A stretch of 58,351 nt of DNA from a virus. Lineage: Duplodnaviria; Caudoviricetes. The DNA is taken from the IMG/VR virus record IMGVR_UViG_3300026196_000002, positions 1 through 58,351 of that record, one strand, 5' to 3'. Below the pieces are notes generated by a model, which saw only the letters and a program-made list of their open reading frames with translations, was not told where the DNA came from and did no database searches. This document shows, in pieces, positions 56,315-58,351 of this stretch. The position numbers and the translations under genes are program-made. Every line of letters begins with the position of its first letter. The first letter of the stretch is position 1.

Positions 56315-56348
56315 AAGCCCCCTTCGGGGGGCAAGATGGAGTTGAAAA

Positions 56349-58351
56349 ATGAGGAAACTGTTTATTGGTCTAACCCTGACGTTGTTGCTGGTTGCCCCGG
56401 CATTCGCCGACAACAAAGTTATCTGGAGAGATGGGCTGACAGGCGGAGGCACCTCACTCGACGGGAAGGCGGCTGCGGACTTGTCAACCGGTGACGTTGC
56501 GGCGGTATTCTCCGGGTCAAAGGTCTATTTATATACCTATGATGCGACGGACGAGACTTCTGAAAGCTCCCCGGATACGATCAAGCCGGATGATGCCGGA
56601 GCCGGGGGTGTGTGGTTTCTACAAGGGTCCGGGATTGCTCCTGCGGCCCATGCCTCGACTCATGCCATTGGCGGGAGCGATGCAATTACGATTACAGCGG
56701 CGGGAACTTCCGTTGAGGACGCGGGAGGGCTTTATGCTGCGACGGATGCAGAAGCGGCGTTTGCCGAAGCTATGACGGCGATTAATAACCTTAACAGTGA
56801 AGTCACCGTCTCCGACGCCAAGCTTGACTTTGGGGCCAAAGGAGACGGGGTTATTCATCCTGGTTTCAATATGTATCCCCAAAGTTGCTCTATCGACACA
56901 GCTACATCAACAACGACATTAACCTGTCTTGACCAGTTTTTTGGAGTCAGACAAATTGGCAAAATTATTATCATCCCCGGTGCCGGGACAGCCGGGGCAA
57001 CACTTGAAACAACTATTACAGCTGTTCCTAATGATTATTCTGTAACATTGGCTGATGCGGCTTCAACGGATGTGACGGACATAGACACGGTTAGGATGGG
57101 GCATGGTACAGGCTGCCATATGACAGCTGGTAGCCCTATTATAACGTGTACTGAAGCTGTGTTTACTGACACGGCTACAGATGGTGGCAAAGATATCGCC
57201 ATTGAAGGAGTTGGCGCTGCTGGTGCAAACCTTGTAACCACAATATCAAGCGTGTCATCAACAACCGTTGCGACTCTTGCTAACAACGCAAGTACTACGA
57301 GTCGTTACAGGTGGATGAAGTTTGGCACAGACGATACGACGGCAATTCAAAATGCAGTTGCTTGGGCGGCAGACAACCAGGGAAAGATTTATTTCTCCGA
57401 AGGTGTCTATATGTATGATGATGAGGCAGTCATTGATGATACTGGATTAATTGAGGGTGCTGGTGCATATGACACTCTTTTTGCCCCATTGCCGGGGTAT
57501 GCTGGTGGATGGTTTTTAACTCTTAACGATACGTGGGGGCAAGCTACTCCCAACCCCCTTGGGGGCGCTGACGGTGGTATGGGGGTTACGTCCGAGGGTA
57601 TCTCTCCGCTTGAATACAAGCAAGGGGTAATTTTAAACGGTTTTAGTGTTGTAGGAACACGGCAGCTTGACCCATTAGGGACGCATGGAATTAGGACGTA
57701 TAACCGTGTTGACCGGACAATATGGCTTGACGTTTCTACGTGGTATCTCAATGGAACGGGGGTAAGTCTTGGCCTTCAAGGCGGGACTGCTTACGGGGCT
57801 GCAGGGCAAATGGGTGAAGTCCGAGAGTCGCAGTTTTTCAGGCTTATTCTTCGTGGTTGTGGGGTAGCGAACACCTATAAATCTTTTGAGGTTGGAACAC
57901 AAGAGGGCGATGTTGCTACAGCAGATTGGAATGAACAATCAAATATTCTTACATTCTATACCCTGCAATCTATTTACAATTACGGGGAATCGGGGATTTA
58001 CGACAACACCACAAGAGACTTTGCAAGCACGAGAGAAATAACTTTTTACGACTTAAAGCTTCACGGCTTTGCTAATTATGGCTTTTGGCAAAGAAACGCT
58101 ATTGATGATGATTTGTTTGTTATTGAGGGGGATATAAACGGGGTTCGATTCACAGACGCCGACATTAATGGTGGTCACGCTGGGGGAGCGATGTTAAGAA
58201 TCAAGAAAAGCGATACCACAGGCAAAAAGCCTGAAAACGTATTTATAAATCATTACGCCTTGCAGTATTATGGGGATGATATTGTTGTTGAGGACGTTCA
58301 CAATTTGAGTATTACTGGCGGGATTGAACATTATGATGGCTCTGGCCCTGC
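56349..58351 (+). CDS. Tailspike/depolymerase-like protein, N-terminal part; continues across the junction to 1349 (about 1074 aa total)
   Basis: Manual translation is open from ATG 56349 (MRKLFIGLTLTLLLVAPAFA...) to the end of the window. It has pectate-lyase-3-like motifs DFGAKGDG...GTDDTTAIQNA...IYFSEGVY and is in frame with ORF 36..1349. Absent from the ORF track. Confidence 0.8.
   Translation, partial: MRKLFIGLTLTLLLVAPAFADNKVIWRDGLTGGGTSLDGKAAADLSTGDVAAVFSGSKVYLYTYDATDETSESSPDTIKPDDAGAGGVWFLQGSGIAPAAHASTHAIGGSDAITITAAGTSVEDAGGLYAATDAEAAFAEAMTAINNLNSEVTVSDAKLDFGAKGDGVIHPGFNMYPQSCSIDTATSTTTLTCLDQFFGVRQIGKIIIIPGAGTAGATLETTITAVPNDYSVTLADAASTDVTDIDTVRMGHGTGCHMTAGSPIITCTEAVFTDTATDGGKDIAIEGVGAAGANLVTTISSVSSTTVATLANNASTTSRYRWMKFGTDDTTAIQNAVAWAADNQGKIYFSEGVYMYDDEAVIDDTGLIEGAGAYDTLFAPLPGYAGGWFLTLNDTWGQATPNPLGGADGGMGVTSEGISPLEYKQGVILNGFSVVGTRQLDPLGTHGIRTYNRVDRTIWLDVSTWYLNGTGVSLGLQGGTAYGAAGQMGEVRESQFFRLILRGCGVANTYKSFEVGTQEGDVATADWNEQSNILTFYTLQSIYNYGESGIYDNTTRDFASTREITFYDLKLHGFANYGFWQRNAIDDDLFVIEGDINGVRFTDADINGGHAGGAMLRIKKSDTTGKKPENVFINHYALQYYGDDIVVEDVHNLSITGGIEHYDGSGP
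58225..58351. repeat. Terminal 127-bp direct repeat (copy 2)
   Basis: Identical to 1-127. Confidence 0.95.

Overview
This window is an apparently complete, circularly assembled dsDNA phage genome of about 58,224 bp; bases 1-127 repeat at 58225-58351. The gene set is podovirus-like: terminase, portal, scaffold, capsid, short-tail and ejection proteins including a 2801-aa polyvalent protein, a beta-helix tailspike spanning the contig junction, an amidase lysis module, a replication initiator plus DnaC-like loader, SSB, exonuclease/annealing genes and a stand-alone IS200/IS605 TnpB element. The SSB suggests a Desulfuromonadales-like host (inference). The main result is two integron-like gene-cassette arrays. 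Array 1 (about 8964-19955) has 33 cassettes and 32 complete attC-like sites. Array 2 (about 48186-51082) has 8 sites, 3 of them eroded. Nearly all cassette ORFs lie antisense to the canonical attC polarity. Both arrays end in the same non-attC motif, CGCCTAAT-N4-GTT, a candidate attI. I found no tyrosine recombinase in the genome, which suggests a phage cassette-shuffling system that borrows a host integron integrase. All calls are by eye; no searches were run.
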